NCBI RefSeq assembly: GCF_009914755.1
Contig: NC_060936.1
Length of the DNA: 64,000 bases
Source of the DNA: the human T2T-CHM13v2.0 reference genome, Homo sapiens
Reading direction: 5' to 3' (one strand)
Positions 32,220-44,624 of the stretch are shown here, in pieces. A program made the translations under genes and the position numbers. A model generated the notes under the pieces. The model was not told the origin of the DNA. It saw nothing but the letters and a program-made list of their open reading frames with translations, and ran no database searches. Each line of letters opens with the position of its first letter. Within the stretch, counting starts at the first letter, position 1.

Positions 32220-32322
32220 GCACAGGAGTTCAAGGCTGCAATAAACTGTGGGATAATACCACTGCACTCTAGCCTTGGTGCTGGAGAGAGACCTTGTCTC
32301 TAAAAGAAAAAGAAAAAAAAAA
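32220..32322 (+). mobile_element. Old Alu (J/FRAM) 3' fragment
   Basis: caggagttcaaggctgca...ccactgcactctagcct...gagaccttgtctct plus A-tail. Confidence 0.75.
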
Positions 32323-32789
32323 ACCTAGAAGCGTGAAACTCCACAACACCTACCCCATCCCTGTTGGTGCAAACATTCAGTGCTGCCTTGGGTAACGACC
32401 CTCCAGCAGCCTACCAGCTCCACTACCCTTCCTGTGTTGTCTTTCTTCCCTAGGCTGGTTTCCTCATGATTGCTAGGTGGCTACAGCTCCCCATGGTTAG
32501 TATCCCCAGTTCAGAAGAGAAGAAGAAAAATGTCTTCTCAGAAAGCTTTGTTGTTTTATTTCAGAAGGAAATTCCTTCCTAATTAGCAAGCCTCTGCCAA
32601 TATCTCATTGGCCTAAGGGGTAACCACTGAACTGTAGCCAGTAGCAGAGGAGACATTCTTATATTTGCTTCTATTATTACATCAGTAAGGACTGGATTTT
32701 GTTATTCCTCTTCATCAATCTGCAGTCATCATTTCTCACCAGGACCTGCATTAAAAGCATAGGCAAAAAAACTCTAGTTAGTGACTTAC

Positions 32790-32868
32790 CACATTTCCAT
32801 AGGATTTGAAATTAACTAGTACTTTTACTTGTTGTTCTGTAATTCTTTTCTGTGTATATTTATTCATC
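32790..32868 (-). pseudogene. Relic exon E5 (79 nt, phase 2-0)
   Basis: atctttttattag| ... gtg|gtaagt (consensus donor); MNKYTQKRITEQQVKVLVNFKSYGNV, open. Confidence 0.7.
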
Positions 32869-33134
32869 CTAATAAAAAGATATCAACTTGAATTCTATAT
32901 CTTACAACTTAGTAAGTTACCACCTGCCTCCCATACGCACACCAACATGCCTGTCCTCTACAATAAAGAAATGAAACGAAATGAAATGAGAAATCAGTTG
33001 TTCCATAAACATCTATTGGGGATCTTCAATAACTCTTATAATTTGGGTACTCAGTTTCTTCCCCTTTGATAAAATGCATTATTTCATTTATTATTATTAT
33101 TTTTACTGATGTGAGGTTCTTTATAAACATGGTT

Positions 33135-33395
33135 ATTATTATTATTATTAGAAATAGGGTACTGCTCTTTAGCCCAAGCCAGAGTGCAGAGGCACAATCA
33201 TGGCTCACTGCTGTCTCAGTATCCTAGGCTCAAGCAATCCTCTCACCTCAGCGTTCCAAGTAGCTGAAACTATAAGGTCTCATTATGTTGCCCAGGCTAG
33301 TCTTGAACTCCTGGACTCAACTAGGCTCAAGCAATTCTCCCACCTTGGCCTCCCAAAGTGCTGAGATTACACACATGAGCCACCATATCTGGCCA
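33135..33395 (-). mobile_element. AluJ
   Basis: ggctcaagcaatcctctcacctcagc...ccaccttggcctcccaaagtgctgagattac...atctggcc. Confidence 0.8.
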
Positions 33396-34889
33396 AGGTG
33401 TTATTTTTTAATAATTTTTTTCTGTACTAGAAAAAAATATCAAATGACACAAAAGGAATTGAAATGAAACACAAATGTTTTGTCCTGTGATCCTCCTTAT
33501 GACTAGTCCAATGCCCGACAAACACTTTTAAGCAGTTTTGTTTTTAGTTCCACTGGTAGTGAACTCCATAAATCTAATATATGTATACCACTAAATCTTT
33601 ATTTACCAAGTTTAAAACACCTTTTAACTCCATGCCATAAAGTATTAGATATCGGTATTCCTCTCCTTCTATTTATATTTTTCCCAATTTTCATTTTTTG
33701 AAGTAGTTTTCAAATTACTGTAAATATTGATTGCATTTGGAAATATAAATAATATGTTAAACCACAGTTTTTAATGTCATTAACTTGAGACTTCTCATGA
33801 TATTAAATTTAAAAAAAAACTGACCTTAACTTCTCACCACCTGTTTTGTTTCTCTCTTCTGCGTTTGTCTGCAGTTATTATCTCCTCCTTCATGAGGGTA
33901 GTGCCAGTGCTCAGAATAAGAACTGAACTCCCAGACCTCATGGATGCCAATGACAGAGATCATAAGGGATCCAAAAATGCTCCAACACCCACTTTCTCTG
34001 ATCTGCTTTCCCCCACCAAGAAGTGTCAAAGGAGAAACCTATGCTTTCAGAGTAAAATACCATCTCCCCCATGAGGGAGTAAGAGTGAGCCCATGGTACT
34101 AAGTCCACCATCACGTCCCTCTGGGCCTACATTGCTGCATTGAGGGAGGAGTTTGAGTGGGTGAATTGTGCATAGAGAAAGACTCAGCTTTCTCCAATCA
34201 CCTCAAACCTATCAATAGTGGTCAATAAAAGGGCCACAGGTGCTTGAATGAGTTACTACTTTTCCAATTTCCCTCCATGGCAAGGGGTTGCCAAGTAGTC
34301 CAGACATACTTACCCCAATATTGACACTCACCGTCTCACCAATACTGACTGCCTTCAATCCATAAGAATTAATCTCATTATGTCCTTTGCTCCCATTTAT
34401 GTCAGTCACCTGAAAAGCTCCAGAATTGCAAGTTAGTTTTCATTCTTTTATAATTTCCATAACTCTAACCTCCATATACCTCCGATATTCCACCTTTTCT
34501 CCCAGCTTACAGTTCATAAATGAGCATTCTGTTCACCATTGCACACTCAGCAAAATCTGCTTCCTCTGAAACCTTATCATACAATGGGTGTTTACTTTGT
34601 CTTACAACTCTGTGGATAAAGGGCAAAACCTTGCTTCTCACTTTAGCTTCCAGAACATTATTCTCGCTCCCTCCTTGCCCCCAACAAAAAGCAGCTTCAC
34701 ATTTCATGTCCTTAGACCTTAATACTATACCTACGTCAAAGTTACATTCCGCTTTTCCAATGATTTGAGCTCCTCTCCCTTGTTTCAAGGCTGCCCTCAT
34801 CTTGAATCTTGATTATTTTTAATACACTCAGAGATAAAGTTTCAAACTTCATGAACTTAAAACTTAAAATAGACATCTGTCTATTTTAA

Positions 34890-37800
34890 AAATAAACATT
34901 TTTATGTTAAATTTGCATAGGTACATAGTTGTATATATATTTTATGGAGTACATGAGATATTTTGATACAGGCATATCACACATAACAATCACATCAGAG
35001 AATGTGGGGTAGACATCACTTCAAGCATTTATCCTTTTTGTGTTATAAACAATTCAGGTTTACTCTTTTAGTTATTTTAAAATATACGATAAATTACTGC
35101 TTACTATGGTAACTCCGTTCTGCTACAAAGTGCTAGGTCTTACTCCTTCTATCTTTTTGTGACCAATAGCCATCCCCACATTCCCTTAGTGGCACCCCAC
35201 TAACCTCTCAAGCTTTTGGTAACTATCCTCTCTATTTCAAGAGTTCAATTTTTTTTTATTTTCCCCTCCCACAAATAAGTGAGGACATACAAAGTTCATC
35301 TTTCTGTGCCTCATTCACTTAACATGATGACCTCCAGTTCCATCCATGTTGTTGCAAAAGACAGGATCTCATTCTTTTATACAGTTGAATAGTACTCTAT
35401 TGTGTATAAGTACCACATTTTCTTTAACAATTAGTCTGTTGCTGAACACTTAGGTTGCTTCCAAATCTTAGCTATTGTAAATAGTGCTGCAACAAGCATG
35501 GAAGTATAGACATCTCTTCAATATACAGATCTGCTTTCTTTTGGGTGTATACTCAGCAGTGGAATTGCTGGATTTTATGGTAGCTCTATTTTTAATTTTA
35601 TGAAGACCCTCCAAACTGTTCTCCATGGTGGTTGTACTAATTTACATTTCCACCACTATATGAAGGTTCCCTTTTCTCCACATCTTTGCCAGCATTTGTT
35701 ATTGCTTGTCTTTTGGATAACAGCCATTTTCACTGGGGTGAAATGATATCTCATTGTACTTTTGATGTGCATTTCTCTGATGATCAGTGAGGTTGAGCAC
35801 TTTGTTGTATGCCCATTTGCCATTTGTATGTCTTCTTTTGAGAAACGTCTATTCAGATATTTTGCCCATTATTTAATTAGGTTGTTACATTTTTTTCTAT
35901 AGAGTTATTTAATGTCCTCATATTCTTGTTATTAATCCCTTGTCAGATGGATAGTTTGCAAATATTTTCTTCCTTTTAATTGGTTGTTTCTACATTTTTT
36001 TTGTCCTTTTTTTCTTTTTAAATTTTTTTTTTTTCAATCAATGTGGACCAGGTTGGCCTCCAACTCGCACCCTCGCCTCCCCGAGGGCCCGAGGGCCGGC
36101 GCAACCGGCCAGAGCCACAATGGCTCCTTGTCTTTTTTTTCTGTATGAAAGTCCTTGAACTTGATGTGATCCCATTTGTCCTTTTTTACTTTGATTGGCT
36201 GTACTTCTGGAGTACTATTCAAAAAATCTTTGACCACTCCAATGTCCTGGAGAGTTTCCATGATGTTTTCTTATAGTAATTTCATAGTTTGAGGTCTTAG
36301 ATTTAAGTTCTGAATGTATTTGTATTTCATTTTTGTAGATGTCAAGAGACAGGAGTCTAGTTTCACACTTCTGCATATGGATATCCAGTTTTCCAAGCAC
36401 CATTTACTGAAGAGACTATCCTTTCCTTTCCAATGTATGTTCTTGGAAACTTCATTGAAAATGAGTTCACTGTAGATGTATGGATTTGTTTCTGGGTTCT
36501 CTATTTTGTGGCATTGGTCTATATGTATGTTTTTATGCCAGTACCATGCTGTTTTGGTTACTGTAGCTCTAGTATAATTTGAAGTCAGTAATGTGATTCC
36601 CTCGGTTTAATTCTTTTTACTCAGAATGTCTTTGGCTCTTCTGGGTCTTTTGTGGTTTCATATAAATTTTAGGATTGTTTTTTTCTATTTTGGTGAAGAA
36701 TGCCGTTGGTATTTTGATAAGGATTACATTGAATCTGTAGATTGCTTTGGGTAATATACAAATTTTAACAATATTGATCCATCCAATCCTTGATTATTTT
36801 TTATTTTTTTTGGTATCCTCTTCAATTGTTTTCATCAGTGTCTTATAGTTTCAATTGTAAAGACACTTCACTTATTTGGTCAAGTTAATTCCTAGATATT
36901 TAATTTTACTTATAGCTATTGTAAATGACATTTTTAAAATTTCTTTTACAGATTTTTATTGTTGAATTGTAAAAATAATACTGATGTTTGCATGTTAATT
37001 TTGTATCCTGAAACTTCACTGAATTTGTTTATCTGTTCTAATAGTTTTTCTGGTTGAGTCTTCAGGTTTTTAAAAATAGATCATATCATCTGCAAGCAAT
37101 GATAATTTGATTTCTTCTCTTCCAACTTTCATGACCTTTATTACTTTCTCTTGTCTGACTGTTCTAGACAGGACTTCTAATATTATGACTAATAGCAGTG
37201 GTGAAAGTGATTATCCTTCTCATGTTTCATATCTCAGAGAAAAGGCTTTCAGTTTTGCCCAATTTGGCATGATATTAGCTGTGAATCTGTGGTACACAGC
37301 TTTGGTATACAGCTTTTATTGTGTTGAACTATATTCTTTCTATACTCTTACTTTTTAAAGTTTTTATCATGAAGGGATGTTGAATTTTATCAAATATGTT
37401 TTCAGCATGAATTGAAATGATCATATGGTTTTTGTTCTACATTCTCTTGATGTGATATATCACATTGATTAATTTGCACATGTCGAACCATCCTTGCATC
37501 TCTGAAGTAAATCCCACTGGTTATGATGAATATTTTTAATGTATTGTTGAATTCGATCTTCTATTACTTGGTTGAGCATTTTTGCATCAATGATCATCAG
37601 GGATATTGGCTTATAGTTTCCTTTTTTTAATGTGTCTTTGTCTGGTTTGATTATCAGGATAATACTGGCCTCACAGAATGATTTTAAAAATATTCCCTAC
37701 TGCTGTATATTTTTGGAGTAGTTTGAATAGGAGTGATTTTAAAAACATGTTTGGTAAAATCCATCAGTGAAGCCATTGAGTCTTAGGCTTTTCTTTGCTG

Positions 37801-40800
37801 GGAAACTTTATTATGGCTTCAATCTCTTACTTCTTATTAATCTGTTCAGATTTTGGATTTTTTCAAGGTTCAATCTTGGTAGGTTGTATGTGTCTAGAAA
37901 TGCATTTGTTTATTTTAGATTTTCTAATTTATTGGCATATATTTGCTCATAGCTGCCTCTAATGATCTTTTGGCTTTCTGCAATATCAGTTGTAACATCT
38001 CCTTTTTCATCTCTGATTTTGTTTATTTGGATCTTTTCTTTATCTTAGTCTGGCTAAAACTTTGTCAGTTTTTTTTATCTTTTTTAAAACCAGTTTCATG
38101 TGGTTGATCTTTTGTATTGTTTTCTTCAGTTCAATTTTATTTATTTCTTCTCTGATATTGTTATTTATTTCTTTTACTAATTTTGCCTTTGATTTGCTCT
38201 TACTTTTTTAATTCTTTAAGATGTATCATTAGATTGTTTATTTAAATTTCTTCTACTTTTTTAATGTAGTTGCTTTCCTCTTAGCGTTGCTTTTGCTATA
38301 ACCCACAGGTGTTCTTATGTTCCATTTTCATTACTATTTGCTTTAAGAAATTTTTCAATTTTCTTCACATTTCTTCATTGACTTTCTGCTCATTCAGGAC
38401 CATATCATTTAATTTCTATGTGTTTATATATTTTTCAAAATTCCTCTTATTGATTTCTAGTTTTATTCTATTGTGTTCAGAGAAGACACTTGATACAATT
38501 TCAAAATTTGTATGTTTTAAGACTTGTTTTGTGACCTGACATATGGTTCATTCTTGAGAATTGTTCATATGCCAAGGAGAAGAATGTGTATTCTGCAGCC
38601 ACAGTATGAAATCTTCTGTAAATATTTATTATGCCCATTTGGTCTATAGTACAGAGAATAGCTTCTACTGCTCTTTCTCACTTTTTTTTTTTTTTTGGTT
38701 TTCATTTGCATGGAATATCTTTTTCCAACCCTTCATTTTTCAGTCTGTATGGGTCTTTATAGGTGAAGTGTTTCTTACAGGCAACAAATCACTGGGCCTC
38801 ATTTTTTTCATTCATGGAGACACTGTATGACTTCGGATTGCAGAGTTTAGTACAGCTTCATTCAAAGTTGTTATTAATAAGAAAATACTTACTCCTGCCA
38901 TTTTGTGATTTGTTTCCTGCTTGTTCTGTCATCTTATCCTCCTTTGTTCCTTCCTTACTGTCCTCCTTTTAATGAATTGATTTTTCTGGTGGTATGTTTT
39001 AATTTCTTGCTTTTTATTTCTTGTGTATTCATTATATATTTTTTGATTTGAGGTTACTGTGAGGCTTGCAAATAATATAAACCAATATTTTAAACTGATG
39101 AGAGCTTAACGTTGATTGCATAAACAAATAAATATGGAAAAAGAAAACTAATAAAAGCTCTACACATTAACTTTATCTCCCACTTTTACATTTTTGTTTT
39201 CTCTATTTTTTTATTTTACTTTAAGTTCTGGCAGCAAGCCACCATGGCACATGTTGTCCCTATTTATATCTGATTGTACCATCTATGTCTTGAAAAGTTG
39301 TTATAGTTATTATTTTTGATCAGTTCATCTTTTAATTTTTCTATAAAAGATATGAGTAGTTTATGCACTACAATTACAGTGTTATAATATTCTGTGATTT
39401 TCTGTGTACTTATTATTACAGTGAGTTTTGTGCCTTCAGATGATTTATTATTGCTCAATTAATGGTTTTTTTTTTTTTCAGATTGAATAACTCACTTTGC
39501 CATTCCTTGTAGGACAGGTCTCATGTTGAAATTCCTCAGCTTTTGTTTGTCTGAGAACATCCTTATTTGTTCTTCAGGTTTGAAGAATATTTTCACCAAA
39601 GATACTATTCTAGGGTAAAGTTTTTTTTTCCTTTAGCACTTTAAATATGTTACTCTCCTGAAGTACCATATTTGAAGCAAGGTTTCCACTGAAGAGTCTG
39701 CTGCCAGATATATTGGTGTGCCATTGTTGTCTTATTTCTTTTATCTTGCTGCTTTTAAGAGCCTTTCTTTATCCTTGATTTTGGGGAGTTTGACTATTAA
39801 ATGCCTTGGGGTAGTGTTCATTGAGTTAAATTTGCTTGGTGCTCTATAACTTTCTTGTACTTCGATGTGATATATTTCCTTAGGTTTGAAAAGTTCTCTG
39901 TTTTTTCCCTTTGAATAAACTTTCTAACCCTATCTCTTTCTCTACCTCCTCTTTAAGCCCAACAACTCTTGCGTGTGCCTTTGTGAGGCTATTTTCTATA
40001 TCTTGTAGATATATTTCACATTTTTTATTCTTTTTTCTTTTGTCTCCTCTGACTATATATTTTCAAATAGCCTGTCTTCAAGCTCGCTAATTGTCTCTTC
40101 TTTTTGAATAGTTCTGCTGTCAAGAGACTCTGACACATTCTTCAATATGTCAATTAAATTTTTCAACTTCAGAATTTCTGCTTATGTTTAATTATTTCAA
40201 CTTCTATTAAGAATTTACCTGATAGGATTCTGAATTTATTATCTGTGTTATCTAAAATTTTGTTGAGTTTCTTCAAAACAGCTATTTTGAATTCTCTGTC
40301 TGAAACATCACATATCTCTGTCTCCCTGGGATTTTTCTTTGGTGCCTTAGTTCATTTGATGAGATAATGTTTTCCTGAATGAGCTTGATGCTTGTGGATA
40401 TTTGTTAGTGTCTGGGCATTGAAGAGTTAGGTATTTATTGTAGTGTTCACAGTCTGTCTTGGGTGTCGTGATCTAAATTTTTGGTCATTGCAGCCATAAA
40501 ATCAGTAGTAGGCACCCCAAGCTCAGTAATACTGTGGCTCTCATAGTGTCATAGAGGTACCATTTTGGTGGTCTTGGACAAGATCTAGAAGAATTATCTG
40601 GATTACCAGAGAGATTCTTATTCTCTCATCTTACTTTCTCCCTAACAAATGGAGTCTCTCTCTCTGTGCTAAGCTGCTTGGAGCTGGGAGATGGATAACA
40701 CAAGCGCCCCTGTGTCCACTACCATTAGGACTGTGCTAAATGAGAACTCAAACCAGCGCAGCCCTAGGTCTTGCCCAATACCCGCACTGACAACTACCTG

Positions 40801-41412
40801 GCTACTACCTGTGTTTTCTCAAGGCCCTTGGGCTCTGCAGTCAGCAGGTGGCAAAGCCAGCCTAGCTTGTATACTTCCTTTTAGGGCCATGAGTTCATTT
40901 TGGCCACAGACAGGTCCAGAGATACCAGCCAGAAACCTGGGTCTGAAGTCAGAAGTCTTCAAAATCTACCTCTTTCCCTACTCCACTGCAGCTGAGCAGA
41001 CACCCAAGCCACAAGACAAAATTATTTCTGCTCTTCCTCCCCTTTCTTTTCTCATGGCTACCACCATCTCAGGCCCACAGCAAGTATCACCTGGCTACCA
41101 CCAGTGTTCACTCCAAGAATAAGGGCTTTTCAGTCAGCTTGAATGCTGCCCAGCCTGGGACATTCCCTTCAGATAAGTTGGCTCTCCTTTGGCTCAGGGC
41201 AGGCCCAGAAATGCTATCCACAAACCAAAGCCTCCATCAGGGACCCCAAGGGCCTGCTTGGTGCTCTACCTCATTATAGCCAAGCTGGTACCTATGGTAT
41301 TTTTTTTGTTCCTTATGAAGGTGCTTTTTTTTTTTTGATAGTTTTTAAATTTGCTCTTGTGGAGAAGTCAATCAGTGAAGACTCCTATTTGGTCATCTTA
41401 TTCCATCTCCTC
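34890..41412 (-). mobile_element. Near full-length old L1MA2-like element
   Basis: L1MA2-type 3' end (ggtacatagttgtatatata...tacatgagatattttgatacaggcat) through degenerate ORF2, ORF1 and 5'UTR ending ggtcatcttattccatctcc. Confidence 0.8.
36016..36127 (-). ncRNA. Retrotransposed snaR-family (small NF90-associated RNA / CAS-like) Pol III RNA copy
   Basis: Minus strand GGAGCCATTGTGGCTCTGGCCGGTTGCGCCGGCCCTCGGGCCCTC...GAGGCCAACCTGGTCCACAT, then A12-TTT-A4; 15-bp TSD (36001-36015 / 36128-36142, 1 mismatch). Confidence 0.85.
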
Positions 41413-41479
41413 ACACAGACACTTGTTTTTAAGAAAGACTTTAGTGGCCAGGTTTGACTTGCTGGAAAAAAAAATTAAC

Positions 41480-41525
41480 CATCTCTGCCACATGATTTTT
41501 CATAATCTGATTAAGTTGGTCAGTG
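41480..41525 (-). pseudogene. Relic exon E4 (46 nt, phase 1-2)
   Basis: tttacttattttttcacag| ... atg|gttaat (weak donor); ALTNLIRL*KIMWQRW. Confidence 0.5.
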
Positions 41526-41862
41526 CTGTGAAAAAATAAGTAAATATGACATGACTAATAGAGAAAATAAAGAATTGAAAGCATGAGATGGCATATTAAT
41601 GAGTAATCTATTATATAAGGATCATGTCTGGAATGAATAGGAAGAGTTAAAGAGCAATTTCTGAATAGAATAAGGAGCTGTAGGCGTCTTTCACATGCAA
41701 TTGATAAATTTGAATAAACTATTTAAATGTCCACATAAGCAGAAGGAGCATTTCAGTCTCTGAATAATCCTAATACCAAAGTACAAATTCAGTGAAATTA
41801 AATAGATTTTAATAACAAAACATTTTTAGAAGTGTTTGGAAAACAAAATGTAGGAAACATAC

Positions 41863-41977
41863 CCTTACATGAATTAATAGAAATTGCTGTTTAACATAAA
41901 AATGAAGCTGGCTCAAAAGTTTTTTTAGGGGGTTTTTCAAATGTTCCTCCTATCGAAATCTCAACTGCCATTGATAC
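41863..41977 (-). pseudogene. Relic exon E3 (115 nt, phase 0-1)
   Basis: Degenerate acceptor tatttctgag| after a 73-nt intron, donor agg|gtatgt; VSMAVEISIGGTFEKPPKKTFEPASFLC*TAISINSCK. Confidence 0.5.
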
Positions 41978-42050
41978 CTCAGAAATACCATTGGTGAACA
42001 TGTTTATCTTGAGTTAAAAAAAATGAGGTTCTTAAAGACAAAAAAATTAC

Positions 42051-42106
42051 CTGCAGTACTTCTGTTGATTTTAAAAAACAATTAAGTTGCACCATGTTTT
42101 CCAGAT
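42051..42106 (-). pseudogene. Relic exon E2 (56 nt, phase 1-0)
   Basis: ttactcttctcag| ... cag|gtaatt; DLENMVQLNCFLKSTEVLQ, open. Confidence 0.65.
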
Positions 42107-42289
42107 CTGAGAAGAGTAATATAATAGGGCATTACAGTTTAATTCTCAATTCATCATCATTCAAAACTACGGAATTTTGCTGTACTCATTTTACTTCCCT
42201 GTGATTTTTGTCTCTACAACTTCAGTTACTGAAGAGACATTTTCACCAGGTAGGTGACATTTTCTCAAAAGAATTAGGATCAATAAGAC

Positions 42290-42527
42290 TGTCCCTAACC
42301 GCTTCCTTGGCTGGGAGAGAGGTCCCCAGCTCTGTGCACTTCACAGTGAAGCGACACCCCACCCTGCTTCTGCTCGCTCTCCGTGAGTTGCATCCACTGC
42401 CCAACCAGTTGCAATGAGATGAACTGGATACCTCGGTTGGAAATACAGAGATCACCTGCCTTCTGCACTGATCTCACTGGGAGCTGCAGACCGAAGCTGT
42501 TTCTATTCGGCCATCTTGGCCCCTCCC
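42290..42527 (-). mobile_element. Isolated L1PA7/8-like 5'UTR start (~240 bp)
   Basis: Minus strand begins ggaggggccaagatggccgaatag; no L1 body follows. Confidence 0.8.
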
Positions 42528-43189
42528 TGCCTTTTTAATTTTAATAGTGTTTATTTGTGCTTCCTCTCTTTCTTTACTTGCCTTTCTAGATTATTTTTAT
42601 TGTTATTATGTTTCACCTTTTCAAAAACATAGTGTTTTATTTTTTGTTACCTCTGTTGTACATAGTCTATTTATTAAATTCTGCTATTTTTAGAATTTTA
42701 TTTTATTATGAATCATTTCTGTAATATAGAAAAGACATTGGTGATTAGAGTTAAGTCATACTATAATCCAACATAACCTCATTTTAACTTTTAACTTAAC
42801 TAATTCCATTTGCAAAGACCTTGTTTTCAAATAAGGTAATGTCATGAACTTCTGAATGAATATGAATATTTTGAGGAACATGACTCAACACAGTACAAGG
42901 TGTTCTATCTCATTAATTAGATTGAAATTATGAATCTGGATTAATCTCTTCATTCCACGTAGATATGTTATTTTCCCTTTGGAAACTGATATCCCAGAAA
43001 CCATTGCCCATTTATAGACTTAGAGCTTGTGCATTCAGCCTGTGAATTCAGTTCTGTTACTCCTTTATGTTTCTGTTTAATTTCTGGAAAACCAGATGTC
43101 AAGGACAATGTTTATATTGTCTTTGAACATAGATATGTCCCTGTGGAATTTTAAAAACATATTGTACCAATTATTCTTATTTGAGATAG

Positions 43190-43531
<342 letters not shown>

Positions 43532-44389
43532 TTCTTTCACTTTTAAACTAGCTTTTTTCAAATCCTTAAGTACCAAATCATCAGGCTTTTAGGAAATAGA
43601 GGGAGTAGGCAATGCTCTATTACTTCTGTTCTGTTACATTATCTTTTCCCCCTCTTTTCTCTCCCCTTTGTTTCCCCTTCTCAGTCTCAATCACTAAGCA
43701 CAATGTCAGAAACATTGTAATTATTCAATGCATTGTATCTGTCAATAGTTTTTATCAAAGTATAGACAATACTGTAATAAACATCTTTTTATGTAATTAT
43801 TTGAATACATCTGTAGTTTTCTACAGTAAATCATCTTGGAACCAAAATTACTGGATCAAAGAATTTAAACTTTTTGAAGTTCACTTTTCAAGTTTCTTTT
43901 CAAAAAGATTTTACCAAAAAATAGTTTTTCTAGACAGATTGCCCCTGCTTGTTCATATTTATCAGACATCAGCTTTTTTCAGTATTCAATAATTTATTCC
44001 AAAGTGGTATCTCACTGTTTATTCATTTTTATATATATCTGATTATAGATGGCATTTATGCTAATTTGACAGGAATTTATGACAGAGTCCTCTAAAATAT
44101 TTTGCATGATAGAAACTTTTCTTTTCTCAACTCTTTCTAGTTCTCTTGGGCTCAAGTCTAGAATAATATTTTTTATACTCAATGGCTAAAAAATGTGTGT
44201 CCTCTTGAATAGCACCAATGTGACATTGGTTTACTCTAATAGAAATCCTAAATAGTGCTCAGTTTTTTTATATATGCTCAATAATATAGACAACAAGATA
44301 AAGAGATTGTTTTCTGAAAATTTCAACTTTCTCATAGAATTCTGAAGTCATATATTCTCACATGATATAACAAAGACCAATCACAATAC

Positions 44390-44581
44390 CTCGGATTTTC
44401 TTTGGAGCAACAGCATTCTCCTGTCCTCAACTCCTGCTAATTAAGTGTCTCCTGAAATTCCAGTTGTGACCTGCTTGGATCATCTTGCTCATCTGCCTTA
44501 GACCTCTAAAAATGTGTTCCCTGTTCTGTGGACTGTAAGCCTTCTGAGATCCTCTTGGACACACTGGATATCTATAGCTGC
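44390..44581 (-). pseudogene. Relic exon E1 (192 nt, phase 1-1)
   Basis: Weak acceptor aattattag|, donor gag|gtattg; SYRYPVCPRGSQKAYSPQNREHIFRGLRQMSKMIQAGHNWNFRRHLISRS*GQENAVAPKKIR. Confidence 0.45.
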
Positions 44582-44624
44582 CTAATAATTTTTATGGCAC
44601 TTTAAATATAAAAAACAAGTTTTT

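Noticed and set aside
33820-34800. Strong plus-strand acceptor at ~33874, minus-strand donor at ~33824, and ORFs of 65-97 aa
   Set aside because: No partner sites giving a consistent exon; sequence may be degraded L2/LTR.
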